From an uncultured Methanosarcinales archaeon (GTDB lineage Archaea > Nanobdellota > Nanobdellia > Woesearchaeales > GW2011-AR9): a DNA stretch of 64,000 nt. The notes under the pieces are model-generated. The model was not told the DNA's origin. It saw nothing but the letters and a program-made list of their open reading frames with translations, and did not search any database. Positions 39,761-47,657 of the stretch are shown piece by piece. How positions within the stretch are numbered: position 1 is the first letter of the stretch; each line of letters starts with the position of its first letter. Made by a program: the position numbers and the translations under genes. Where the stretch lies: positions 320,001 to 384,000 of the forward strand of contig CAYFMJ010000001.1 of the NCBI GenBank assembly GCA_964344235.1. Reading direction: 5' to 3'.

Positions 39761-40151
39761 ATGGTGGAATATACAGCACTAATACGGGAACATGATCATG
39801 GTCAAACTCTTCACTTAATGGATTCTACTGTGTATGCAGGTATGGTTGCAGAAGATCTGATTGATGAGCACCAATGTGTTGGGGAACTTACTATTGATGT
39901 TCCGCCTCAAGGTCTGGCAGGAGTTGTTTAGTGCTCTTGCGTGTGATGATAAAGAAACGTGTACTCTCGTAGAGGCTATTGAGTTTAACCCACAGCCAGG
40001 ACAAGATTATGTTGTTCGGGAAGAAGCAGGGGCTGCTGTGCATATTTCGAATGAGGTTTCTGAAGTTACTGAAATATATGGGATGGTGGTAACTATTTTG
40101 GGGTATCACTTTGGAGATGAAGAGGCAGAGGAATTGCCACAATCTTTATAA
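39761..40151 (+). pseudogene. Hypothetical acidic protein split by an apparent +1 frameshift
   Basis: ATG 39761 (after a TTTTAAAAAA box) opens 56 codons to TAG 39929-39931. The +1 frame stays open to 40151. Confidence 0.4.
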
Positions 40152-40270
40152 AAAACTCTTCAAATAAGCGCAATATAGCCGAAATGTATCCATTGTAGGG
40201 TGCATGGAGCTGCATGAGGCAAAAGAAAATGCAGACGAGAAGTTATTTCTTGTTTGTTGGAGATTAGAAC

Positions 40271-40873
40271 ATGACAGAACACGAAGAATTACTCTTAGAT
40301 TCGAATGAGTACCTGAAGTCAGGGATTCACATTGGTACAAAGTTTAAAACAAAATATATGGCTGATTTTATCTATAAAACACGGCCTGACGGATTAAGTG
40401 TTTTAAACCTGAAAAAGATTGATGAGCGACTACGATTGGCAGTTAACTTTCTTGCGCAGTACGAACCAGAAGAAATTTTGATTGTATGCAGGCGAGAAAA
40501 CGGTTGGAAAGCATTGAAGAAGTTACATGAATTAACAGGAATTAAAGTTATCGCAGGACGATACCCTCCAGGAATTTTGACAAATCCAAACTTGGAAACG
40601 TTTACGGAACCGAAAGTTATGGTTGTTTCTGATCCATGGCCGGACAAGAATGCAGTTGAGGATGCGAATAAAATTGGAATCCCTTTAGTTGCATTATGTG
40701 ATACAAACAATCAAAGTAACAGAATTGATTTAGTTGTACCATGTAACAATAAAGGAAAGAAATCGGTCGGTTTGGTATTCTATTTACTTGCTCGTGAATA
40801 TATGCGTAAGAAAGCTATGTTGCGAAGTGATGAAGAAATGCCAGCAGCGATTGAAGATTTTGTTGAAGCATGA
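40271..40873 (+). CDS. rps2: 30S ribosomal protein S2 (uS2), archaeal type
   Basis: YLKSGIHIGTK, GRYPPGILTNP and ALCDTNN...VVPCNNKGKKS motifs. Confidence 0.97.
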   Translation: MTEHEELLLDSNEYLKSGIHIGTKFKTKYMADFIYKTRPDGLSVLNLKKIDERLRLAVNFLAQYEPEEILIVCRRENGWKALKKLHELTGIKVIAGRYPPGILTNPNLETFTEPKVMVVSDPWPDKNAVEDANKIGIPLVALCDTNNQSNRIDLVVPCNNKGKKSVGLVFYLLAREYMRKKAMLRSDEEMPAAIEDFVEA

Positions 40874-41454
40874 GATACGACACAGCAGTTGTCTTATCAC
40901 ATTTTGTCGATCCTATGGGGCAATTGACGAAGCAGTCTCAAGACAGAGTTGATGCTGGAGTGCGTTTGTTAGATTGTGGTGATTCTTCCACACTAACTTT
41001 GTCTGGGGGAAAAGTTCAGTTTGGTGAGGGAATCCATTATGCCCATGCGGAAAGAATGAAAGCGTATGTTCTGGGAAAGGGTGCTGATCCACGTTGTGTG
41101 TATACCGAGGAACAATCTCTTGATACAGTTGGCCAGGCCATACTTACGAGGAGAGACGTTGTTGAACCCAATAGCTGGGAGAGATTTGTTGTTGTTTCAA
41201 ACGATTACCATATTCCACGCGTTCAGAAGATTTTCCGGTTCGTATTTCCTCATGATTTCTTGTTACACTTTGTTGGTGTTTCCACACGCGCAGATGATGG
41301 TTACGGTCCACGGACACCCGAACGAGAAGCAGCAAGCACTACAGCATTTGAGCAAACATTTCGGGGAGTACAACCAGGGTGTTTACCGGAGCTCATCGAT
41401 TGTCTTTTGACCCGACACCCATTATATGCGGATAATCCCCTTTTCGTTGATTAA
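40870..41454 (+). CDS. YdcF/DUF218 (SanA-like) family protein
   Basis: LSGG, HAERMK, EEQSLDTVGQA and VVSNDYHIPR motifs. Confidence 0.8.
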   Translation: MRYDTAVVLSHFVDPMGQLTKQSQDRVDAGVRLLDCGDSSTLTLSGGKVQFGEGIHYAHAERMKAYVLGKGADPRCVYTEEQSLDTVGQAILTRRDVVEPNSWERFVVVSNDYHIPRVQKIFRFVFPHDFLLHFVGVSTRADDGYGPRTPEREAASTTAFEQTFRGVQPGCLPELIDCLLTRHPLYADNPLFVD

Positions 41455-41518
41455 CGAAACTTTTCTTCTCTTTTTCTAATTCATAAGTTTTAAAAACAAT
41501 TTTCTGACTAAGTAGGTA

Positions 41519-42490
41519 ATGAAAAAAGTTGTAGTGATCGGTGGTGGAACAGGAAACTTTACTGTTCTTTCTGGTTTGAAACATCATCGTGTTGATTTAA
41601 GTTCTATTGTTACCATGGCTGATGACGGCGGAAGTACCGGGATTCTTCGGGATGAGTTAGGAGTCCTTCCGCCAGGAGATGTTCGGCAGTGTTTGGTTGC
41701 GCTTTCAGATTCTAGCAGGCTAATGAGAAGCCTAATGAATTATCGTTTTGAGAATGGTGGGTTGGGCGGACATAGTTTTGGAAATATTCTGTTATCTGCG
41801 TTAGAGAAAGTTACTGGTAGTTTTGAGAAAGCGGTTGAGGAAACGGGAAGAATCCTCTCGATCCAAGGAAAAGTTATTCCAGTAACGACACATCAAGTGC
41901 GTTTGAAGATGTTGCTAGAGGATAAGAAGTTGTTAGAATCACAGATTGCTATTTTTAAGTCTGAAAAGATTCACAATGGGTATTCTAGTTTGTATCTTGA
42001 ACCACACCCAACAGCAAACCCCAAAGCTATTGATGAGATCATGGCAGCCGATTTAGTGGTGTTGGGACCAGGAGATTTGTATTCTTCTCTTATCCCTAAC
42101 TTGTTAGTGGAAGGAATTAGTAAAGCACTTCGTGAAACCAAAGCGAAGAAAGTGTTTGTGATTAATTTAATGAACAAAAAAGGTCAGACAACGGGGTTTG
42201 CGGCAAGTAATTATTTGAAAGAAATTACACGGTTTACGGGGGTTGATGTATTTGATTATGTTGTTGTTAATACCAAGCAGCCAGAACCTGAATTGTTACA
42301 GAAATATGCACCCCAACATGAGTTAGTTGAGAATGATCTAGGGGAAGATGAACGTGTTGTTGCGTGTGAATTGTTAGGTAAACCGATTAAACATAACAAG
42401 AAGGACGCTCTTGCAGCAAGGAGGAGTCTTATTCGTCATGACCCTAAAAAACTAGCAGAGGAATTGATGAAACTAACGGAGCGCTATTGA
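41519..42490 (+). CDS. yvcK: YvcK/GlmR family protein (CofD-related)
   Basis: IGGGTG, DDGGSTGILR...LPPGDVR, GHSFGN, GPGDLYSSLIPNL and RHDP motifs. Confidence 0.92.
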   Translation: MKKVVVIGGGTGNFTVLSGLKHHRVDLSSIVTMADDGGSTGILRDELGVLPPGDVRQCLVALSDSSRLMRSLMNYRFENGGLGGHSFGNILLSALEKVTGSFEKAVEETGRILSIQGKVIPVTTHQVRLKMLLEDKKLLESQIAIFKSEKIHNGYSSLYLEPHPTANPKAIDEIMAADLVVLGPGDLYSSLIPNLLVEGISKALRETKAKKVFVINLMNKKGQTTGFAASNYLKEITRFTGVDVFDYVVVNTKQPEPELLQKYAPQHELVENDLGEDERVVACELLGKPIKHNKKDALAARRSLIRHDPKKLAEELMKLTERY

Positions 42491-42498
42491 GGTTTGTG

Positions 42499-43167
42499 AT
42501 GTTAATTATATTTGATTTGGATGATACGCTGATTGACACGTCGGGGAGTTATATCCCCGCCAAATTACAGCAGGCTTTACAGGAGATGATTCAGCATGGT
42601 TTAGTTGTTGATTCTGAAGAGGAGGCATATCAATTATTGTTGGGATTGAATGAAACTGCGCCGAATGGTGCAAAAGGGTTGCAGGAATTTTTGCAAGAAG
42701 TTGGAGGGCATGAAAAGTTTCTTGAAATAGGCACTGCAGCGTATTATGGGCCAAGGGTGCCGAATGTACCTTTGCAGCGGCTTCCCAGGGCAGTTGCTGT
42801 CCTAGAAAAGCTGCGGCAACAACATACGTTGGCCCTTGTTAGTTATGGTGTAAAGGAAGCACAACTCCAAAAGATGAAGCTGGCAGGTATTTCGGGGGAT
42901 TTATTCTCAACTGTTCTTTTCACAGACCAGTATGATAAGAAAGAGTGCTATCAGAAATTATGTGCTCAGTTTGGTTACCAACCAGAGAACGTGCTTGTTT
43001 GTGGCGATAAGTTTAAAACAGATCTTGCTCCCGCTATAACATTAGGAATGAAAGTAGTTCATATGTTGTGGGGGAGGGGAATTAAGGATAAGCCTCCGAC
43101 AGTGCAGTCCATCCGAGATTTGTCACTATTGCCGCAACTCATTGAGGAATTGCAATGCAAGCAGTAA
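42499..43167 (+). CDS. HAD-family hydrolase
   Basis: FDLDDTL, VSYG, K, and GDKFKTDL motifs. Confidence 0.88.
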   Translation: MLIIFDLDDTLIDTSGSYIPAKLQQALQEMIQHGLVVDSEEEAYQLLLGLNETAPNGAKGLQEFLQEVGGHEKFLEIGTAAYYGPRVPNVPLQRLPRAVAVLEKLRQQHTLALVSYGVKEAQLQKMKLAGISGDLFSTVLFTDQYDKKECYQKLCAQFGYQPENVLVCGDKFKTDLAPAITLGMKVVHMLWGRGIKDKPPTVQSIRDLSLLPQLIEELQCKQ

Positions 43168-44300
43168 TCTTAGCAGCAGGGAAGGGAACGAGAATGTTTC
43201 CGATGGCAACAGAGAAGCCAAAACCATTGATTACGGTAGCGAATAAGCCAGTGTTGATGCATAATCTCGACCAGATGGTCGGTTTGGCTGAGGAAGCAGT
43301 GATTGTTGTTGGATACAAAAAAGATATGATTATTGAAACTCTTGGGAATGTATATCGGGGGATTCGGTTGAAGTATGTTGTACAGGAAGAACAGAGAGGA
43401 ACGGGCCATGCATTGATGTTAGCGGAAGAACATATTTCTGGGAAATTTCTGGTGTTGAATGGCGATGATTTATTTTCAAGGAGAGATATGGAAATGCTTT
43501 CACATCACGCCCACGGAATTTTAGTGCAGTATAAGGAAGATACTTCTGCATTTGGTGTTGTTGTTGTGGAAGAGGGTATTGTGAAGAATATTGTTGAGAA
43601 ACCTAAAGAATTTGTGTCACATTTTGTTAACACCGGAATGTATTGTTTTACCCCCGAGGTGTTTCCTATTTTGAAATCTCTTACGCCTTCTGTTAGGGGA
43701 GAATATGAGCTAACAGATGCTGTTAAAGTATTGGTAGAACAGGGAAAAATGTGTGCTGAGGAAGTGCAAGGACACTGGATTCCTGTTGGGTATCCGTGGC
43801 ATATTTTAGAGGCAACGGAGGAGTTGTTGAAAGGAGCAAGCGGTATCTCGATTAAAGGAACGATCGGCCAGAATGTTGCAATTCATGGTTCGCTTGACGT
43901 AGGAGAGGGAACAGAGATTAAAGATAACGTGTTTATCCAGGGGAACGTGGTTATCGGGAAGAATTGTGTTATTGAAGATGGAGTAAAACTTATTGGCAGC
44001 ATTGCTCTTGGGGATAATACTGTCGTACAAGCAGGCGCAGAGTTGCGGAATGTTATTGCGGGTTCCGGAACACAAATTCAAGCGGGATGTGTTGTGTGTG
44101 ATTCTGTGTTGGGAGAGGGAGCGGTGTTGAAGAGTGGCGTAAAAGTTGACAGTTCTTCTGACGGAAGCACAGTAAAAGTGCATGCAAATGGTAAAGTGTA
44201 TGATTCTGGAAGAGAGCAATTAGGTGCGTTTGTAGGGGATAAGTGTACGGTTCATAGAGAGTTGCAATCAGGTGAATGTTTTAGTAAGGAAGAGGAGTAG
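43155..44300 (+). CDS. Sugar-phosphate nucleotidyltransferase with left-handed beta-helix (archaeal GlmU-like)
   Basis: LAAGKGTRM.P...PKPL, GTGHAL, EKP and GYPW motifs; hexapeptide repeats in the C-terminal part. Confidence 0.88.
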   Translation: MQAVILAAGKGTRMFPMATEKPKPLITVANKPVLMHNLDQMVGLAEEAVIVVGYKKDMIIETLGNVYRGIRLKYVVQEEQRGTGHALMLAEEHISGKFLVLNGDDLFSRRDMEMLSHHAHGILVQYKEDTSAFGVVVVEEGIVKNIVEKPKEFVSHFVNTGMYCFTPEVFPILKSLTPSVRGEYELTDAVKVLVEQGKMCAEEVQGHWIPVGYPWHILEATEELLKGASGISIKGTIGQNVAIHGSLDVGEGTEIKDNVFIQGNVVIGKNCVIEDGVKLIGSIALGDNTVVQAGAELRNVIAGSGTQIQAGCVVCDSVLGEGAVLKSGVKVDSSSDGSTVKVHANGKVYDSGREQLGAFVGDKCTVHRELQSGECFSKEEE

Positions 44301-44304
44301 CTCA

Positions 44305-45510
44305 ATGGATATTTATGAGCCGGCTGAAGATTCATGTTTGCTGCAGAAATTTGTGAAAGAACGAGCAGTCGGTAGAGTGTTGGATATGGGAACGGGCTCT
44401 GGGATTCAGGCGTTAACCGCAGCAGAAAGCCCTCGAGCACGGGAAGTTGTTGCGGTTGATATTAATGAGAACGCTGTTGATACGTTGCAGAAAAGAGTAA
44501 CTGAGAAGCGATTGCGAAAAGTAGTTGTGCAGCAAAGTGATTTGTTTTCGAATGTTTCTGGAAAGTTTAATTTGATTATTTTTAATCCTCCTTATTTGCC
44601 GCAAGATGAAGGGATTGAGGATGCAGCATTGTATGGGGGAAAAAATGGTTGGGAATTATCACAGAAGTTTTTCGATGCTGTGTCGAAGCATTTAATTGGG
44701 GATGGCGGGATTCTGTTTTTATTCTCTACACTTACGGATAAGCGGAAAATTGATGAGATGTTGCAACACAGGTTGTTTGAGTTTCGTTTATTGGGTTCAG
44801 AGAAGTTAGCGTTTGAAGAATTGTATGTGTATGAAATTACAAAATCTTTGCTGTTGCGGGAGTTGGAGGGGAAATTAGTTGAGGGTGTTTGTTATTTTGC
44901 AGAGGGAAAGCGAGGAATTATTTACACGGGACTGTATGATAAAAATAAGTTGGTGAAGTCACACTTCTCTCGTTCTAAACAGAAGGTTAAAGTCGCTGTT
45001 AAAACTGTTAAACCAGAGAGTAAGGCTGTTGGAAGAATTGAGAATGAAGTGAAATGGTTGAAGTTGCTGAATAAAAAAAACATTGGTCCCCGTTTATTGT
45101 TTTCTGGAGAAGATTATTTTGTGTATGAGTTTGTAGATGGCGTAGAGATTTTAGATTGGTTGCGTCAGGGGAGTGTTGTGAAGTTGGAGGTTCTGAGGCT
45201 GTTGCGAGATGTGCTTGAACAGTGTTTTACAATGGACTCTTTGGGAGTAAATAAGGAAGAGATGCATCATCCGCAGAAACATGTTTTGGTTACTACTGAT
45301 GGCCCAGTGTTGATTGATTTTGAACGGTGTAACCAAACAGAAAAACCGCAGAATGTTACGCAGTTTGTTGAGTTTATCTGCAGAATGAAAGACGAGTTGG
45401 TGAAGAAAGACATTATTGTTGGGGTGGAAGCCCTGCGCAATCTAGCTAGGGAGTATAAGGAAGTGTATACGCGGCAAGTATTTGAAGAGATAAAGAACGT
45501 TTTCAGTTAA
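44305..45510 (+). CDS. HemK2/MTQ2 (aRF1 glutamine) methyltransferase fused to an atypical Ser/Thr kinase domain
   Basis: IYEPAEDS, LDMGTGSG and FNPPYLP, followed by EGKRG, VAVK, ENE, IGPRL, KEEMHHPQKH and LIDFE. Confidence 0.85.
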   Translation: MDIYEPAEDSCLLQKFVKERAVGRVLDMGTGSGIQALTAAESPRAREVVAVDINENAVDTLQKRVTEKRLRKVVVQQSDLFSNVSGKFNLIIFNPPYLPQDEGIEDAALYGGKNGWELSQKFFDAVSKHLIGDGGILFLFSTLTDKRKIDEMLQHRLFEFRLLGSEKLAFEELYVYEITKSLLLRELEGKLVEGVCYFAEGKRGIIYTGLYDKNKLVKSHFSRSKQKVKVAVKTVKPESKAVGRIENEVKWLKLLNKKNIGPRLLFSGEDYFVYEFVDGVEILDWLRQGSVVKLEVLRLLRDVLEQCFTMDSLGVNKEEMHHPQKHVLVTTDGPVLIDFERCNQTEKPQNVTQFVEFICRMKDELVKKDIIVGVEALRNLAREYKEVYTRQVFEEIKNVFS

Positions 45511-45512
45511 AG

Positions 45513-46613
45513 ATGGTTTCATTATCATTGTGCATGATTGTAAAGAATGAGGAGAAATTCCTAGAAGCGTGTTTGAATTCCGTTACAGAGTTAGTGGATG
45601 AAATTATTATTGTTGATACGGGAAGTACTGATGCAACGAAAGAGATCGCGCAACGGTTTACTGATAACGTGTTTGATTTTGTATGGTGTGATGATTTTTC
45701 TGCTGCACGAAATGAAAGCTTGAAGCATGCAACGGGAGAATGGGTGTTGGTGTTGGATGCGGATGAAACGATTGCGGCAGAAGATGTAGCGAAGATGAGA
45801 CGTTTGATTGAGGATGCAACGGAAAATGTTGGTGGATTTGTGTTGACGCAACGGAATTATGTTCAGAATGTTGATGATTTGAAGTTGGGTTCTTTTGGTG
45901 ATGTACGTGTTAAGGGAACGGGCCAGGATGGTTTTGTTGCTGCGACGGAGGATGTGTATGGAGAGAGTAACAATGTTGCTGGGTGGTTGCCCACGCCAAT
46001 TGTGCGGTTATTTCGGCGAGAAAGTGCGCTGTTTACTGGGGTGGTACATGAAGATGTTTCTGAATCATTGGGAAGGGAGGTTGTTACTGCAGATGTCCCT
46101 ATTCACCATTATGGAAAATTGAATGTGGAAACATGGAAGCGAAAAGGGGATTTATATGGTGTATTGGCAGAGAAGAAAGTTGAGGAGAAAAAGGATTATC
46201 ATGCCTACTTTGAGTTGGCTCGGCAATACGTTGCAGAAAAGAAATTTGTGGAAGCCCAGGAAATGCTGGAGAAATCAATTGCTTTGAACCGCCAATTTTG
46301 GGTATCGTGGTCGATGTTGGGGGGTGTTTATTTGTTGCAAGAGAAAATGGATGAAGCGATTGTAGCATTTGAGAATGCGAGAAGACTCAATCCTAACGTT
46401 GTTGATGTCTATAATAATCTTGGTGTGGCGTATTCTAAACAAGGAAATTTTGGTAAAGCAATTGAGATATTTACATTGGGACTGAATTTAGATGCAAAAC
46501 GAGCAGATATTTTCAAAAATATGGCGCTTTGTTACCAGCAGATGGGGGATGTGCAACGAGCACAGTTAGCATTCAGAAAAGCAGTTGAGTTGAATCCTGC
46601 GTATGGTAAATAG
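45513..46613 (+). CDS. GT2 glycosyltransferase with C-terminal TPR repeats
   Basis: LCMIVKNEE, VDTGSTD, WCDDFSAARN and LDADE motifs; TPR (VYNNLGVAY). Confidence 0.92.
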   Translation: MVSLSLCMIVKNEEKFLEACLNSVTELVDEIIIVDTGSTDATKEIAQRFTDNVFDFVWCDDFSAARNESLKHATGEWVLVLDADETIAAEDVAKMRRLIEDATENVGGFVLTQRNYVQNVDDLKLGSFGDVRVKGTGQDGFVAATEDVYGESNNVAGWLPTPIVRLFRRESALFTGVVHEDVSESLGREVVTADVPIHHYGKLNVETWKRKGDLYGVLAEKKVEEKKDYHAYFELARQYVAEKKFVEAQEMLEKSIALNRQFWVSWSMLGGVYLLQEKMDEAIVAFENARRLNPNVVDVYNNLGVAYSKQGNFGKAIEIFTLGLNLDAKRADIFKNMALCYQQMGDVQRAQLAFRKAVELNPAYGK

Positions 46614-46617
46614 CCAA

Positions 46618-47271
46618 TTATTTTGTAAAAAATTCTATCTCGTCATTATGGTGGATGCCTTGTTTTAGTTCTACTGGTCGCCAATCGTCTATAATTAATG
46701 TTGCTTGTAGCCACTCTGCTAATGCTTGGGGATTGCCGATTGTAGCAGACAGTCCAACGAGTTGTGGTTTTATCATCGTTTTGAGAAGTGTGAGGATGAT
46801 CTCTAACGTTGGACCCCTACTCGGATCGTTTAGTAAATGGATTTCATCAATAACGACGACTTTAACATCATGTAGCCAGGGAACGTGGTGCCGAAGGAGT
46901 GAATCGAATTTTTCAGTGGTAAGAATAAGTAAATCGTAGTTCTGCAAGTATTGGGAGTCAGAATCAACATCACCTGTGGCCATCGTTACTTTGAATGGTG
47001 TATTTTCAAAGAGTTGTTTGTATTCTTTGTATTTCTCATTCGCCAATGCTTTGAGCGGGACTAAGTAGATTGTTTTGCCTTTCATGAGTTTTTTTATGAT
47101 TGCCATTGTTGCAACGAGTGTTTTTCCTGAAGCTGTAGGCGCACAAATCAAGAGAGATTGGTTCTCAAGTAAGCCTGCTTGCACGGCTTTTTCTTGTATT
47201 GGTGTAAGATTTGGGAATTTGTTGTAGTAGTTTGAGAAAAATGTTGGTAGTGCTAATGCGTTGAAGTTCAT
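46618..47271 (-). CDS. Single-domain DEAD/DEAH (Hel308/Ski2-type RecA1) protein
   Basis: PIQ (Q motif), APTASGKT, VPLKALANEK, TTEKFD, IDEIH and GLSATI motifs. Ends just after WRPVEL. TATA box ~27 nt upstream of ATG 47271. Confidence 0.85.
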   Translation of the reverse strand: MNFNALALPTFFSNYYNKFPNLTPIQEKAVQAGLLENQSLLICAPTASGKTLVATMAIIKKLMKGKTIYLVPLKALANEKYKEYKQLFENTPFKVTMATGDVDSDSQYLQNYDLLILTTEKFDSLLRHHVPWLHDVKVVVIDEIHLLNDPSRGPTLEIILTLLKTMIKPQLVGLSATIGNPQALAEWLQATLIIDDWRPVELKQGIHHNDEIEFFTK

Positions 47272-47327
47272 GGTGTTACAGTTTTGGAAGCAATGCTTTA
47301 TATATTGTAGTGCTTTTTTTTCACGCA

Positions 47328-47359
47328 ATATAGAACAAACATAGAACTTTGTTCTATAT
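47328..47359. promoter_or_regulatory. Perfect 12-bp inverted repeat between divergent helicase and S-layer promoters
   Basis: ATATAGAACAAA (47328-47339), 8-nt spacer, TTTGTTCTATAT (47348-47359). Confidence 0.5.
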
Positions 47360-47460
47360 CCCTTATTCATCATTTGAAAATGATGACTCCATGAAACTGC
47401 TAAATTTTATGGTTTAGTGGTCTGAAACTGGTTTCTGGCGTTTTGTACCTCTATTTTTTG

Positions 47461-47475
47461 CGAAAGACTTATAAA
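47461..47475 (+). promoter_or_regulatory. BRE/TATA promoter of the S-layer gene
   Basis: CGAAA...TTATAAA consensus archaeal BRE-TATA; GGAGGTG SD at 47640-47646. Confidence 0.6.
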
Positions 47476-47499
47476 CCGATTTTTGGTACTTTGATGAAG

Positions 47500-47657
47500 A
47501 TTAACTAGACTGCCGTCGATAATTTGGCGGGTGGTGCGAGTTCATCTGTGAAATCGAAAAAGCTGGCTTCGTGGCCAACTCTTCGAAATTTTTGCGGATG
47601 AATGAGCGAGAGTCTAAAAAAACAAACATGTTCAAACACGGAGGTGTGTTTTGTAAA
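47500..47657 (+). ncRNA. Predicted structured 5' leader of the S-layer mRNA
   Basis: Nested stems: TAGACT 47506-11 / AGTCTA 47611-16; CCGTC / GGCGG; TTCATCTGTGAAA 47541-53 / 47590-47602; TCGAA / TTCGA. Confidence 0.5.

Noticed and set aside
39929-39946. TAG read-through (recoding or pyrrolysine)
   Set aside because: A TGA follows after four more codons in the same frame, and other genes use TAG as a normal stop.
47272-47373. Predicted N-terminal extension of the helicase ORF
   Set aside because: It contains the TATA box and inverted repeat; homology starts after ATG 47271.
47571-47657. Predicted GTG start and extension of the S-layer ORF
   Set aside because: The SD and signal peptide point to ATG 47658; the extension is the structured leader.
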